From positions 9,514 through 73,513 of the forward strand of contig JAHJME010000035.1 in NCBI GenBank assembly GCA_018821435.1: DNA of 64,000 nt, in the 5' to 3' direction. Made by a program: the position numbers and the translations under genes. Below the pieces are notes generated by a model. The model was not told where the DNA came from. It ran no database searches and saw only the letters and a program-made list of their open reading frames with translations. Origin of the DNA: Alphaproteobacteria bacterium (GTDB lineage: Bacteria > Pseudomonadota > Alphaproteobacteria > Caulobacterales > Caulobacteraceae). The stretch's first letter is position 1. Every line of letters begins with the position of its first letter. Positions 51,872 to 63,588 of the stretch are shown in pieces.

Positions 51872-52785
51872 GCGGACCAACCGCGAGGCTCTCGCCCAAC
51901 CTCGAGGGCGCGGTCTGGATGCTGGCCTCGGCGGTGGCGTTCACGGCCATGACCGTGCTGATCAAGTACCTCGGCGACTATCCGCCGGCGCTGCAGACTT
52001 TCTACCGCCAGGCCGCCGGTTTCGCGGTGCTGCTGCCGCTGATCCTGCGCCAGGGCCGCAAGGCGTTCGCCACCACCCGGCCCGGCATCCTGTTCTTCCG
52101 CTCGGCGGCGGGAACCGTCGGCCTGATGCTGTCGATCTACGCCTATCAGGAGATGCCGCTGGCCGACGCCAACGCGCTCTCGTTCACCCGCACCCTGTGG
52201 CTGGTCCCGCTGGCGGCCTTCGTGGTGCGCGAGAAGGTCGGGCCGTTGCGGATCTTCGCCGCCCTGGTCGGTTTCGCAGGCGTCCTGCTGATGGTGCGGC
52301 CCGGCGCCGATGGCCATTTCGCCCTGGGCCTGCCGGCGCTGGGCATGCTGCTGGCGTCGTTCCTCTTCGCGCTCACCATCACCGGCATGAAGGTGATGAC
52401 CCGCGACCACGCGCCGACGGTGCTGCTGGTCTGGGCCGTGACCCTGGGTCTGATCTTCGCGATCCCCGGCGGCGTCCTGGACTGGCGCGTCCCGGCGCCC
52501 CGGGACTTCGTCCTGCTGTGCCTGATGGGCGTTCTGGGGACGATCACCCAGGGCTGCTACATCAAGGGCATGCAGCGGGGCGACGCCGCCGCCATGGCGC
52601 CCATCGACTACACCCGCCTGGTCTTCGCCACCGCCGCGGGGATCCTGCTGTTCCATGAGGTCCCGTCCGTCTGGACCCTGGCCGGCGCCGGCGTCGTGGT
52701 CGCGTCGACCCTCTTCATCACCTTCCGCGAACAACAGCTGGCGCGGTCGGCGAAGCTTAGCGCTGTACCGGAGGTCGACGGCTAA
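51868..52785 (+). CDS. DMT/EamA family transporter
   Basis: About ten TM helices, two EamA repeats (MPLADANALSFT, AAMAPIDY). Confidence 0.88.
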   Translation: MSGPTARLSPNLEGAVWMLASAVAFTAMTVLIKYLGDYPPALQTFYRQAAGFAVLLPLILRQGRKAFATTRPGILFFRSAAGTVGLMLSIYAYQEMPLADANALSFTRTLWLVPLAAFVVREKVGPLRIFAALVGFAGVLLMVRPGADGHFALGLPALGMLLASFLFALTITGMKVMTRDHAPTVLLVWAVTLGLIFAIPGGVLDWRVPAPRDFVLLCLMGVLGTITQGCYIKGMQRGDAAAMAPIDYTRLVFATAAGILLFHEVPSVWTLAGAGVVVASTLFITFREQQLARSAKLSAVPEVDG

Positions 52786-53195
52786 CCATCGCGCATCCGG
52801 TCGATGTCGCGCTGCGCCGCCAGCTTGTGCTTGGGCTTCAGGTTGCGGCCCAGCAGAGCCAGCAAGGCGGTGAAGACCGCCGCGTCGTCGGTGTAGCCCA
52901 GGCCGGCGATGAAGTCGGGGACCGCGTCGATGGGCATGACGAAATAGGCCAGCGCCGCCAGCATCATGCCCTTGGCCGCCAGCGGGGTGTCGTCATCCTT
53001 GGCGCAGTACCAGACCGACAGCGCCTCCTTGGCGAAGGGGACCTTGGCCACGACCCGGCGCATCTTGGGCCAGAAGCCCTGCTCCACCCGCTGCTCGTTC
53101 AGCTTCATGACGGCGGGCACGAGGGCGCGGCCGGGGGCGATCTCCGCCTCCGGATCGAAGGTGACGTCGGGTGACGCTTTTTTGCGGACGCTCAT
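52782..53195 (-). CDS. YkvA / DUF1232 family membrane protein
   Basis: ALAYFVMPIDAVPDFIAGLGYTDD. Confidence 0.88.
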   Translation of the reverse strand: MSVRKKASPDVTFDPEAEIAPGRALVPAVMKLNEQRVEQGFWPKMRRVVAKVPFAKEALSVWYCAKDDDTPLAAKGMMLAALAYFVMPIDAVPDFIAGLGYTDDAAVFTALLALLGRNLKPKHKLAAQRDIDRMRDG

Positions 53196-53249
53196 CGGGC
53201 TAAGGCTTCGCCGAAATTACTCACGCCATCATATGGGAGCGAAGCGTCC

Positions 53250-54029
<780 letters not shown>

Positions 54030-54042
54030 GAACGACGAGAAG

Positions 54043-54201
54043 CCTTCTCCCCTTTCGGGAGAAGGTGGCCGGCGCGAGCCGGTCGGATGAGGGGTCGCAC
54101 GGAGCCATCCGTCGCGACCCTTCTTCGTTTGGGGGAAGAGGTTGGCGCAACCCGTCATCCGTCAGCCTTCGGCTGACACCTTCTCCCGCAGGGGGAGAAG
54201 G
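54043..54201. repeat. CIR/RIME-like palindromic element (sibling of 46417-46688)
   Basis: Near-perfect 25-bp outer IR ccttctcccctttcgggagaaggtg / caccttctcccgcagggggagaagg and inner cggatgagggg / cccgtcatccg; lies between convergent genes. Confidence 0.85.
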
Positions 54202-54204
54202 ACG

Positions 54205-55719
54205 CTAGTATCGTCTCCGCCGCGTCGGGCGGCTGCTTCCGACCAATCCCCCAAGCACGCCCCGGATCAGCTCGCGGCCGACCTGGCTGCCCAGGGTGCG
54301 GAGCATCGACTTGGCGAAGGCCTCGCCCATGCTCTGGCGGTTGGAGGCGCGAGCCTTGGGCGCCGGCTGGCCCGAGGCGTCGTCGCCGGCCCAGGGGCCG
54401 CCGTGCGGCTTGGGCTCGGGCGCGGCCTGCGGCGCGGGTTCCGGCTCGGCCTTCTTCTGCAGCATCTCGTAGGCGGACTCGCGGTCCACCGCCGTGTCGT
54501 AGATCCCGCGCACCGGGCTGGCGGCCATCACCCCGGCCCGTTCGGCCGGCAGCAGCGGGCCCAGCCGCGAGGCCGGCGGTCGGATCAGGGTCTTCTGCAC
54601 CACGGTGGGCGCGCCCTTCTCGTCCAGCACCGAGACCAGCGCCTCGCCGACGCCCAGGCCCTGGATGGCCTCGGCCGTGTCGAACGCCGGATTGGTGCGG
54701 AAGCTCTCCGCGGCGGCGCGCAGGCCCTTCTGGTCGGCGGGGGTGTAGGCGCGCAGCGCGTGCTGGATGCGGTTGCCCAGCTGGCCCAGCACCGTGTCCG
54801 GGATATCCGCGGGGTTCTGGGTGACGAAATAGATACCCACGCCCTTCGAGCGGACCAGGCGGACGACCTGCTCCACCTTTTCCAGCAACGACTTGGGCGC
54901 GTCGCGGAACAGCAGGTGGGCCTCGTCGAAGAAGAAGGCCAGGCGCGGCTTCTCCGGATCGCCCACCTCGGGCAGTTCCTCGAACAGCTCGCTCATCAGC
55001 CACAGCAGGAACGTCGCGTAGAGCCGCGGGCTGGCGATCAGCTTGTTGGCCGCCAGGATGTTCACATAGCCCTTGCCCGAGGGGTCGGTGCGCATGATGT
55101 CGGCCAGCGCCAGCGCCGGTTCGCCGAAGATGTGGGTCCCGCCCTCGGTCTCCAGGACCAGCAGGTTGCGCTGGATGGTGGCGATGGTGGTGGGCGAGAT
55201 GTTGCCGTACTTGGCCGACAGCTCCTTGGCGTTGTTCGACGCATAGGTCAGGGCCGCCTGCAGGTCCTTGAGGTCCAGCAGCAGCAGGCCCTCCTCGTCG
55301 GCGGCCTTGAACACCACCATCAGGACGCCTTCCTGGACGTCGTTCAGCTCCAGCATCCGGGAGATCAGCAGGGGCCCCATCTCCGAGATGGTGGCGCGGA
55401 TCGGGTGGCCGGCCTCGCCGAACAGGTCCCAGAATACGGTGGGCGCGGCGGTCGGGGTCAGCGTCAGGTTCATGCCCTGGGCGCGGGCCAGCATCTTCTC
55501 GTTCGGCGCGCCGACGGCGGCGATGCCGGACAGGTCGCCCTTCACGTCGGCGGCGAAGACCGGAACGCCCGCGTCCGACAGGCCCTGGGCCAGGATCTGC
55601 AGGGTCACCGTCTTGCCGGTGCCCGTGGCGCCCGCCACCAGGCCGTGCCGGTTGGCCCGGTTCAGCAGCAGCAGCTCCGGATGATCGGAAAACCCGATCA
55701 GGACACCGTTGTCGGCCAT
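54205..55719 (-). CDS. HerA-like ATPase (DUF853 / YjgR family); start ATG 55719
   Basis: [67 protein letters not shown]. Confidence 0.9.
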   Translation of the reverse strand: MADNGVLIGFSDHPELLLLNRANRHGLVAGATGTGKTVTLQILAQGLSDAGVPVFAADVKGDLSGIAAVGAPNEKMLARAQGMNLTLTPTAAPTVFWDLFGEAGHPIRATISEMGPLLISRMLELNDVQEGVLMVVFKAADEEGLLLLDLKDLQAALTYASNNAKELSAKYGNISPTTIATIQRNLLVLETEGGTHIFGEPALALADIMRTDPSGKGYVNILAANKLIASPRLYATFLLWLMSELFEELPEVGDPEKPRLAFFFDEAHLLFRDAPKSLLEKVEQVVRLVRSKGVGIYFVTQNPADIPDTVLGQLGNRIQHALRAYTPADQKGLRAAAESFRTNPAFDTAEAIQGLGVGEALVSVLDEKGAPTVVQKTLIRPPASRLGPLLPAERAGVMAASPVRGIYDTAVDRESAYEMLQKKAEPEPAPQAAPEPKPHGGPWAGDDASGQPAPKARASNRQSMGEAFAKSMLRTLGSQVGRELIRGVLGGLVGSSRPTRRRRY

Positions 55720-55965
55720 GGTTCGCTCCTTGTGCTGAACACCTTCACTAAGCATCGCGGGCGGCGCGCACAAAGGCTCTTGTCGGCGCCGGGCGACATC
55801 GCCGCGAACGATCCGCGACGGATTGGCGACGATCCTTGCCGAAAATCCGGCGAATAGCGGCAAATCCGCTCCCAATCGGTTAGGAAGCGGGGTAGAGCAC
55901 GCCCGATTTGACGGCGGCGCCGACGCCGCCGACATTGCCCGCCCGAGCCTCTCCCGAAAGCGCGC

Positions 55966-57105
55966 ATGCCCCCCACCGCCGCCGATCCGGTCTCGCGAAA
56001 CGCCCTGGTTATCCTGGCGACCGTCGCGGGCGGAGTTGTCCTCTACCTCCTGTCCGACATCCTGACGCCGCTGGCGCTGGCCCTGTTCCTGGCCGTGATG
56101 ATCGACGGGTTCGCCCGCGTGCTGCAGACGCGGCTGCCCCAGGTCCCCGCCCCCGCCTCCGTACCGCTCGCGATCATCCTGTCCGTGGTGATCTTCGGCG
56201 GCGCGGCGTTCTTCATCGCCGACAACGCCAGCAGTTTCGCCGCCCAGCTGGTCACCTACGCCCCCAAGCTGAACGGCCTGATCGCCCGGATCGCGGGGAT
56301 GTTCGGCATGGACGTGCCGCCGACTCTGACCCAGCTGGTCCAGCGCCTGGATCCCGCGAGCCACCTGGGCCAGGTGGCGCGGGGTTTGCAGAGTTTCGTC
56401 TCTACCGCCGCGTTCGTCCTGGTCTATCTCGGCTTCATCCTGGCCTCGCGGAAGGGCTGGGAGCGCAAGGCGGTCAACCTGTTCGCCAACCGCGAGGAGC
56501 GCCAGGACGCGGTCGCCGCCTTCCTGCGGATCCGCAACGGCGTCGAGCAGTACCTGTGGGTCCAGACGGTCACCGGCCTGATGATTGCGGTGGCGTCATG
56601 GCTGGCCATGGTGGCGGTCGGCCTCGACAACGCGCTGTTCTGGGCGATCCTGATCTTCATCGCCTCCTACATCCCCGTCGTCGGGGGGATCGTCGCGGTG
56701 GCGCTGCCGCCGATCTTCGCCCTGGTCCAGTTCGAGGGTCTCTGGCAGGCGCTGGTGCTGTTCGGGGTGCTGCAGGCGATCGGCATGTTCGTCGGCAATG
56801 TGGTCCAGCCCCGGATGCAGGGCCGCAGCCTCAACATGGACCCCATCGTCTTGCTGCTGGCGCTGGCGTTCTGGAGCGTGCTCTGGGGCCTGCCGGGCGC
56901 TTTCCTGTCCACGCCGCTGACCACCGTGATGATGGTGATCCTGGTGCAGTTCCAGGGCACCCGCTGGATCGCCGTGCTGCTGTCGGCCGACGGCGACCCC
57001 GGACAGATGAAGGGCTCGCCGCCCGCGGTCCACGACCACGGACCCGCCGCGCCGCCCCCGAAACCGGCCGCCAAGCCGCCCGCGAAACGCCGCCCCAAAA
57101 CTTGA
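55966..57105 (+). CDS. AI-2E family transporter
   Basis: Multi-TM; [38 protein letters not shown]. Confidence 0.9.
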   Translation: MPPTAADPVSRNALVILATVAGGVVLYLLSDILTPLALALFLAVMIDGFARVLQTRLPQVPAPASVPLAIILSVVIFGGAAFFIADNASSFAAQLVTYAPKLNGLIARIAGMFGMDVPPTLTQLVQRLDPASHLGQVARGLQSFVSTAAFVLVYLGFILASRKGWERKAVNLFANREERQDAVAAFLRIRNGVEQYLWVQTVTGLMIAVASWLAMVAVGLDNALFWAILIFIASYIPVVGGIVAVALPPIFALVQFEGLWQALVLFGVLQAIGMFVGNVVQPRMQGRSLNMDPIVLLLALAFWSVLWGLPGAFLSTPLTTVMMVILVQFQGTRWIAVLLSADGDPGQMKGSPPAVHDHGPAAPPPKPAAKPPAKRRPKT

Positions 57106-57176
57106 GACATGGGACTTAAACAGTGACCCACCTCTCCCTATCTAATGTTGGTCGGACGACACATTCGTCCGGCAGG

Positions 57177-57312
57177 TGCGTCCGTCCTCCAACCCCACGG
57201 ACGCAGCGAGCACTGAGCTTCCCGCCGCTCCCCCTCGGCGGAAGCCCGCGGCGCCGGACTCTCTCCTCCGGCGCCGTACTCGCCTCCGGCCCGGTCCTTT
57301 CCCCCGAGGATC
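57177..57312 (+). ncRNA. Candidate structured RNA or leader: tandem hairpins with C/U-rich loops upstream of the glutamate dehydrogenase gene
   Basis: Perfect stems of 9, 11 and 10 bp with loops CCUCCAACCCC, CUCCCCU and CUCUCUCC, plus a weaker fourth stem with loop UUCCCCCG. Confidence 0.45.
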
Positions 57313-57340
57313 TCGCCGTTCCGGCCGAGGAGCCGCGGTC

Positions 57341-60300
57341 ATGAGCCGCGCTCCCCGTGCCGGATTGGGCTTGGCCCGATCCCTCCAGAACGAACTCAAG
57401 GACGACGCCTCCGCGCTGGGCGTGAAGGCGTTCGCCAAGCAGGCCGCCGAGGACGCGCAGCCGGACGAGTTGCCCGAGCTGTCGCCCGCCGACCTGGCGA
57501 AGAACCTCGCCGACTTCTGGCGCTACGCCGAGCGCCGCCGCGGACGTGGCCCGCAGATGCGGATCACCCCGGCCCTGGGCGCCAAGCTGGACCGCCTGGA
57601 GATCGTCCAGGACGACGCGCCGTTCCTCGTGGACAGCGTCATGGGCGAGATCGCCGACCAGGGCCTGTCGGTCCGCGCGATGTTCCACCCGATGGTCGAG
57701 ATCCAGCGCGACCGCTCCGGCGTCCGCGGCGACGTCGGCGCGCTGCGCAAGGAATCGATGATCGAGGTGTTCCTCGAGGACATCGGCCGCGACCGCGAAC
57801 AGGCGCTGGTCGAGGGGATCAAGGCGACGCTGGCCGACGTGCGCGCGGCGGTCGACGACTTCCCGGCCATGCTGGACCTGCTGGCCGCGACCACGGACGA
57901 ACTGCGCACCTCGGGCAAGGCCGGCGGCGAGGAGACCGAGTTCCTGGAGTGGATCCGCGCCCACTTCGTGTTCCTGGGCGCCCGGGTCTATGAATATCCC
58001 CGCCTGAAGAACGGCGCCTATGCGCCGGAAGAGCCGCTGTACCAGCCCAAGGACGGCCTGGGCGTGCTGCGCGACCCCGAGCGCACCGTCCTGCGCAAGG
58101 CCAACGAGCCCGCCGTGCTGATGGGCCAGGCCGAGGACCGCATCGTCCGCGACCCGGCGCTGACCATCGCCAAGTCGAACGTGAAGAGCCGCGTCCACCG
58201 TCGCGGCTACATGGATTACGTGGGCATCAAGCGCTATGGCGCCGATGGCCTGCCGTCCGGCGAGGTCCGCTTCGTGGGCCTGTTCACCGCCGAGGCCTAC
58301 GACGAGCCCGCCAGCTTCGTACCGCTGATCCGCCAGAAGGTGGCCCGGGTGATGAAGCGCGCCGGCGCCGCGCCCGGCAGCTACAACGAGAAGCGCCTCA
58401 AGAACATTCTCGACAACCACCCCCGCGACGAGCTCTTCCAGATCCCGGAAGACGAGCTGCTGGAGACGGCCCAGGGCATCCTGCACCTGGCCGACCGGCC
58501 GCGTGTCCGCGTGTTCGAGCGCCGCGATCCGTTCGACCGCTTCGTCTCGGTGCTGCTGTTCGTCCCGCGCGACCGCTACGACAGCGACCTGCGCAAGCGC
58601 GCGGGCGAGATCCTGGCGGCGGCCTACGGCGGCCGGATGTCGGCCTACTATCCCAGCTTCAACGACACCCCGCTGGCCCGCGTCCACTTCATCATCGGCC
58701 TGGATCGGGGCGACGTGCGCAAGCCCGACCTGCGCAAGGTCGAGGCTGAGATCACCGAGGCCGCCCGCACCTGGGAAGACAGGTTCGACGCCGCCGTGCG
58801 CGGCAGCGGCCGCGATCCCGACGCCGTGTCGGCCACCGTCGCCGGCTATCGCGACGCCTTCCCCGCCGGCTACCGCGACCGCTTCGACGCCGCCGAGGCC
58901 CTGGCCGACGTGGCCGAGATCGAGGCGTTCGGCGCCGACCAGACGCTGCGCGCCCGGGCCTATCGCACCGCCGCCGACGGCCCGCTGCACTTCCGGGTCA
59001 AGCTCTACCGCAAGGGCGAACCCGCCGCCCTGGCCGACGTCCTGCCGATCCTCGAGAACATGGGCCTCAAGGCCATGGCCGAGGCAGGCTTCCAGGTTAC
59101 GCCCGAGGGCCGTGATCCGGTCTGGGTCCATGACTTCGAGATCGAGGACCCGCGCGGCGGCAATCTGGTCTTCGACGAGATCCGCGATGTCTTCGAGGAC
59201 GCCCTGGTCGCCGTCTGGACGGGCCGCACCGAGAACGACGGCTTCAACCGCCTGGTGATGGAGCTGGCCATCCCGTGGCGCGACGCCGCGCTTGTCCGCG
59301 CCCTGGGACGCTACAGGCAACAGTCCGGCCTGGACCCGTCTCAGCGGGTGCAGGAGCAGGCGCTGTCGAACCATCCGGGCGTGACCCGACTGATCCTCGA
59401 CCTGTTCCGCATCAAGTTCGACCCGGCCATCGCCGTCGACATCGAGGCCCGCCAGGCCCAGGCCGGCGCGGTGATGGACGAGATCGTCGAGGCGCTGCAG
59501 CTGGTCGAGAGCCTGGACGACGACCGCGTCCTGCGCCGCCTGGCCCTGCTGGTCGCGGCCATCCAGCGCACCAATTTCTACCAGCGCGCGCCCGACGGAT
59601 CGGTGAAGCCGTACATCTCGTTCAAGGTCGCCTCCGGCGCCCTGGCCGACCTGCCGGCGCCCAAGCCGTTCCGCGAGATCTTCGTTTGGTCGACCCAGGT
59701 GGAAGGCATCCACCTGCGCTTCGGCCCCGTCGCGCGCGGCGGCCTGCGCTGGTCCGACCGGCGCGACGACTTCCGCACCGAGGTGCTGGGGCTGGTGAAG
59801 GCCCAGCAGGTCAAGAACGCGGTGATCGTGCCCGTGGGCTCCAAGGGCGGCTTCTATCCGAAGCAGTTGCCGAAGGGCTCGCCCGACGCCATCCGCGCCG
59901 AGGCGATCAGCGCCTACAAGACCTTCCTGTTCGGCCTGCTGGACCTCACCGACAACCTGGACGCCAAGGGCAAGATCATCAGGCCCGAGGGCGTGGTGGT
60001 CCACGATGGCGACGACCCGTATCTGGTCGTGGCCGCCGACAAGGGCACGGCCACCTTCTCCGACATCGCCAACGGCGTGGCCGAATCCTACGGCTTCTGG
60101 CTGGGCGACGCCTTCGCCTCGGGCGGCTCGGTCGGCTACGACCACAAGGTCATGGGCATCACCGCCCGCGGCGCCTGGGAAGCGGTCAAGCGCCACTTCC
60201 GCGAGATGGGCAAGGACATCCAGTCCGAGCCCTTCACCGTCGTCGGCTGCGGCGACATGTCGGGCGACGTGTTCGGCAACGGCATGCTGCTGTCGCGCCA

Positions 60301-62179
60301 GACCAAGCTGCTGGCGGCCTTCGACCACCGCGACATCTTCCTCGATCCCGACCCGGACACGGCCAAGAGCTACGCCGAGCGCGAGCGGATGTTCGCCCTG
60401 CCTCGCTCGTCCTGGGCCGACTACGACAAGAAGAAGATCAGCAAGGGCGGCGGCGTCTTCTCCCGCAGCCTGAAGTCGATCCCGTTGACCGCCGAAGTGC
60501 GCAAGTTCCTCGGGACCGAGGCCGAGGCCCTGTCCCCGGCCGAGCTGATCAACCTGATCCTCAAGGCCCCCGCCGAACTGCTCTACCTTGGCGGCATCGG
60601 CACCTATGTGAAGGCCAAGACCGAGTCCAACATGGACGCCGGCGACAAGGCCAACGACGCTGTGCGGGTCAACGGCTCGGACCTGCGGGTCAAGGTCGTG
60701 GGCGAAGGCGCGAACCTGGGCCTGACCCAGGCGGGCCGCATCGAGTTCGCCGAGCACGGGGGCCGGATCGAGACCGACGCCATCGACAATTCGGCCGGCG
60801 TCGACAGCTCGGACCACGAGGTGAACATCAAGATCACCACCGGCATCCTGGAGCGTCAGGGCAAGCTCACGCGCGCCCAGCGTAACAAGCTGCTGCCGTC
60901 GATGACCGACGACGTGGCCAAGCACGTGCTGATCCACAACTACGACCAGACCCTGGCGCTCTCGCTGCTGGAGCTGGACACGGTGGGCGAGCTGGAGCCG
61001 CACGCCCGGTTCATGACCGAGCTGGAACAGGCCGGGCGCCTGGACCGCGCGGTCGAGGGCCTGCCCGACGCCCTGGTGGTCTCGGAGCGACTGAAGGCCG
61101 GCAAGGGGCTCTATCGCCCCGAACTGGCCGTGCTCCTGGCCTACGGCAAGCTGGAGCTGAAGCGCGAGATCGTCGCCGGCCACGCCCCCGACGATCCGTT
61201 CTTCGAGAGCCGGCTGGAGGACTACTTCCCCAAGCCGCTGCGCAAGTACAAGGACGCCATCCGCCAGCACCGCCTGCGGCCCGAGATCATCGCCACCGTG
61301 GTCGCCAACGACATCATCAATCGCTGCGGCCCCAGCTTCCCGTCCCGGACCATGACCTCGGCGGGCTGCGATGTGGTGGCGTTCACCGCCGGCTACGAGG
61401 CGGCCAAGCAGGCGCTCGATTTCGAGAAGCTTTGGGCCCAAGTCGAGGCGCTGGATCTCAAGATCCCGGCGTCGGGACAGATGGCGCTGTTCCGTCGCCT
61501 GGTCACCGGGCTGCGCGGCGCCACCTTCTGGCTGGCGCGTCGCGCGGGCCGCGAGGGCCTGAGCGTCGCTCAGCTCACCGCCCGCTATGCCCCCGGCTTC
61601 AAGAACCTGCACGCGCTGCTGCCCGAGATCCTGTCGAAGGCCGAACGCGCCGGAGTCGACCGCCAGGTCGATCGCCTGACCGAGGCCGGCGCCCCGCCGG
61701 CCATGGCCCAGGCCGCCGCCGTGCTGGGTCCCCTGACCAACGCCGCCGACCTGGTGGACCTGGCCGAGGCGTCCAGCTGGCCGTTGCCCAATGTGGCGCG
61801 TCTCTACTACGCCACCGGCGCCGCCTTCGCCTTCGACCGCCTGCGGGCGGCGGCGGGCGAGTTCCGGGCCGGCGACATCTTCGAGCGGACCGCGCTTCGG
61901 CGCCTGATCGAGGACCTGCTGGCCGAACAGGCCCAGCTCACCCGCGCGATCATGGCCTTCGCCGGCGGCGCCCAGGCCGGCGAGGACGACGCCCACGCCA
62001 AGAACGCGGTCTCGGCCTGGGTGGCGCTCCGGCCCGATCAGGCCCGCGCCGCGACGCGGACGGTGGAGGAGATCGAGCTGGGCGGCGGCGCCTGGACGTT
62101 CGCCAAGCTGACGATCGCCAACGCCGCCCTGCGCGAACTGGCGGCGGAGGCGGGCAGCGGGCGCAAGCGGAAGGGCTAG
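57341..62179 (+). CDS. Large NAD-specific glutamate dehydrogenase (Bac_GDH; GdhB/GdhZ type)
   Basis: GAGGAG RBS before ATG 57341; EGIHLRFGPVARGGLRWSDR, QQVKNAVIVPVGSKGGF, YLVVAADKGTATFSD, GDMSGDVFGNGM, VGEGANLG, DAIDNSAGVDSSDHEVNIKI. Confidence 0.95.
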   Translation: MSRAPRAGLGLARSLQNELKDDASALGVKAFAKQAAEDAQPDELPELSPADLAKNLADFWRYAERRRGRGPQMRITPALGAKLDRLEIVQDDAPFLVDSVMGEIADQGLSVRAMFHPMVEIQRDRSGVRGDVGALRKESMIEVFLEDIGRDREQALVEGIKATLADVRAAVDDFPAMLDLLAATTDELRTSGKAGGEETEFLEWIRAHFVFLGARVYEYPRLKNGAYAPEEPLYQPKDGLGVLRDPERTVLRKANEPAVLMGQAEDRIVRDPALTIAKSNVKSRVHRRGYMDYVGIKRYGADGLPSGEVRFVGLFTAEAYDEPASFVPLIRQKVARVMKRAGAAPGSYNEKRLKNILDNHPRDELFQIPEDELLETAQGILHLADRPRVRVFERRDPFDRFVSVLLFVPRDRYDSDLRKRAGEILAAAYGGRMSAYYPSFNDTPLARVHFIIGLDRGDVRKPDLRKVEAEITEAARTWEDRFDAAVRGSGRDPDAVSATVAGYRDAFPAGYRDRFDAAEALADVAEIEAFGADQTLRARAYRTAADGPLHFRVKLYRKGEPAALADVLPILENMGLKAMAEAGFQVTPEGRDPVWVHDFEIEDPRGGNLVFDEIRDVFEDALVAVWTGRTENDGFNRLVMELAIPWRDAALVRALGRYRQQSGLDPSQRVQEQALSNHPGVTRLILDLFRIKFDPAIAVDIEARQAQAGAVMDEIVEALQLVESLDDDRVLRRLALLVAAIQRTNFYQRAPDGSVKPYISFKVASGALADLPAPKPFREIFVWSTQVEGIHLRFGPVARGGLRWSDRRDDFRTEVLGLVKAQQVKNAVIVPVGSKGGFYPKQLPKGSPDAIRAEAISAYKTFLFGLLDLTDNLDAKGKIIRPEGVVVHDGDDPYLVVAADKGTATFSDIANGVAESYGFWLGDAFASGGSVGYDHKVMGITARGAWEAVKRHFREMGKDIQSEPFTVVGCGDMSGDVFGNGMLLSRQTKLLAAFDHRDIFLDPDPDTAKSYAERERMFALPRSSWADYDKKKISKGGGVFSRSLKSIPLTAEVRKFLGTEAEALSPAELINLILKAPAELLYLGGIGTYVKAKTESNMDAGDKANDAVRVNGSDLRVKVVGEGANLGLTQAGRIEFAEHGGRIETDAIDNSAGVDSSDHEVNIKITTGILERQGKLTRAQRNKLLPSMTDDVAKHVLIHNYDQTLALSLLELDTVGELEPHARFMTELEQAGRLDRAVEGLPDALVVSERLKAGKGLYRPELAVLLAYGKLELKREIVAGHAPDDPFFESRLEDYFPKPLRKYKDAIRQHRLRPEIIATVVANDIINRCGPSFPSRTMTSAGCDVVAFTAGYEAAKQALDFEKLWAQVEALDLKIPASGQMALFRRLVTGLRGATFWLARRAGREGLSVAQLTARYAPGFKNLHALLPEILSKAERAGVDRQVDRLTEAGAPPAMAQAAAVLGPLTNAADLVDLAEASSWPLPNVARLYYATGAAFAFDRLRAAAGEFRAGDIFERTALRRLIEDLLAEQAQLTRAIMAFAGGAQAGEDDAHAKNAVSAWVALRPDQARAATRTVEEIELGGGAWTFAKLTIANAALRELAAEAGSGRKRKG

Positions 62180-63588
62180 GTCCCGAGCGTGAACGGCACC
62201 GTGCGGCGCTCGTGCTGGGGCACGCTGAGCCGCCGGTCCACCGGCGGGAAGGCGCGCTGGGCGCAGTCGTCGCGCTCGCAAATCCGGCAGCTCACGCCGA
62301 TCGGCGCCGCAGGCCCCTTCAGGTCCAGGCCCTCGGAATAGACCAGCTCGTGGGCGTGGGCGATTTCGCAGCCCAGGCCCAGGACGTAGCGCCGGTCGGG
62401 GGCCAGATAGCTCTCGGATCGCTTCACCACCGCGCGCGCCACGCAGAGGTAACGGTCGCCGTCCGGCATCGAGGCCACCTGCACCAGGAAGCGGTCCGGC
62501 GACGCCACGGCGTCGTGGACGTTCCACAGCGGACACGCCCCGCCGAACCGGGCGAAGCGGAAGCGGGTGGCGCTGTGGCGCTTGGTGATGTTGCCCGCGT
62601 AGTCCAGCCGCACGAAATAGAACGGCACGCCTCGCTGGCCGGGCCGCTGCAGGGTGGAGAGCCGGTGGCAGACCTGCTCCAGGCTGGCCCCGAAGTGCGC
62701 CGCCAGCTGCTCCACGTCGTGCCGCTGTTCCCGGGCCGCGGCGGCGAAGCGGCGGTAGGGGGTCAGCAGGGCGCCGGCCGCGTAGTTGCCCAGCCCGATG
62801 CGGCAGACGTCCACCGCCTCCGAGCTCTTGAACCGCGCCTGGTCCAGCTCGGCCTCGATGATGTCGGAGAGGTTGGCCACCGCCACGTGGTAGGCTAGCT
62901 GGAACGCCCGGGTCGCCGCCGGCTGCGACACGTTCAGCCACAACTCGTGCGAGACGGGATCGTAGCGGCGCATCACGTCGCCCAGCGGCGCATAGCGCAC
63001 CCGCACCCCCAACCGCTCGCGCAGGTACATCTCCAGCAGCATGTCGGCCGAGGCCGGCTGGTCCAGGCCGATCTCCTGGGCCAGGTCCTCGGCGGCCCGA
63101 TCCAGGGCGTCGATGTAGTTGTCCTTGAAGTGGAAGAAGTCGCGGACCTCCTCGTAGGGCAGCAGCGAACTGGCCGACATGGCCTCGTCCAGGGCCACCG
63201 CCTGCTCGGTCAGCTTCAGGCGTTCGCCCAGCCGGTGATTGGCGCGGTGCAGGTCCAGGAACCGGCGCGCGAGGCCCGGCGACTGCTGGGCCACCTGGCG
63301 CAGTTCGCTGAGCGGGATCGGCAGCTCGGCGGACCCGCTCTCGGCCACCGCTTCGCGCAGGTCGGCCAGCAGGCGCTGGTCGTCGTCCGCCTCGAAGGTC
63401 TCGGCGGGCACGCCGAACGTCTCGATCAGCCCCATCAACACCCGGTCGGTGACCGGCCGCTGGTTCGCCTCGATCTGCGAAAGATAGCTCACCGAGATGC
63501 CCAGCCGGCGGGCGCAGCCTTCCAGCCGCCACCCCTGCCGGGCGCGCAAGCTGCGCACCTTCGGTCCGACAAAAAGCTTGTATCGCAT
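62176..63588 (-). CDS. XRE-family short-chain fatty acyl-CoA regulator (RamB/PrpR/PccR-type)
   Basis: N-terminal HTH (LGISVSYLSQIEANQRP), PYEEVRDFFH, SLEQVCHRLSTLQRPG, GGACPLWNVH, IGVSCRICER.DC.QRAFP. Confidence 0.9.
   Translation of the reverse strand: MRYKLFVGPKVRSLRARQGWRLEGCARRLGISVSYLSQIEANQRPVTDRVLMGLIETFGVPAETFEADDDQRLLADLREAVAESGSAELPIPLSELRQVAQQSPGLARRFLDLHRANHRLGERLKLTEQAVALDEAMSASSLLPYEEVRDFFHFKDNYIDALDRAAEDLAQEIGLDQPASADMLLEMYLRERLGVRVRYAPLGDVMRRYDPVSHELWLNVSQPAATRAFQLAYHVAVANLSDIIEAELDQARFKSSEAVDVCRIGLGNYAAGALLTPYRRFAAAAREQRHDVEQLAAHFGASLEQVCHRLSTLQRPGQRGVPFYFVRLDYAGNITKRHSATRFRFARFGGACPLWNVHDAVASPDRFLVQVASMPDGDRYLCVARAVVKRSESYLAPDRRYVLGLGCEIAHAHELVYSEGLDLKGPAAPIGVSCRICERDDCAQRAFPPVDRRLSVPQHERRTVPFTLGT

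Noticed and set aside
54205-56364. 719-aa extended HerA-like ORF
   Set aside because: The upstream 214 codons are intergenic or antisense to the AI-2E gene; the family-typical start with an RBS is at 55719.
57116-63532. 2138-aa minus-strand ORF
   Set aside because: Antisense shadow of the glutamate dehydrogenase gene, plus an off-frame overlap of the XRE regulator. Stop-free antisense frames are expected opposite high-GC3 genes, and there are no recognisable motifs.
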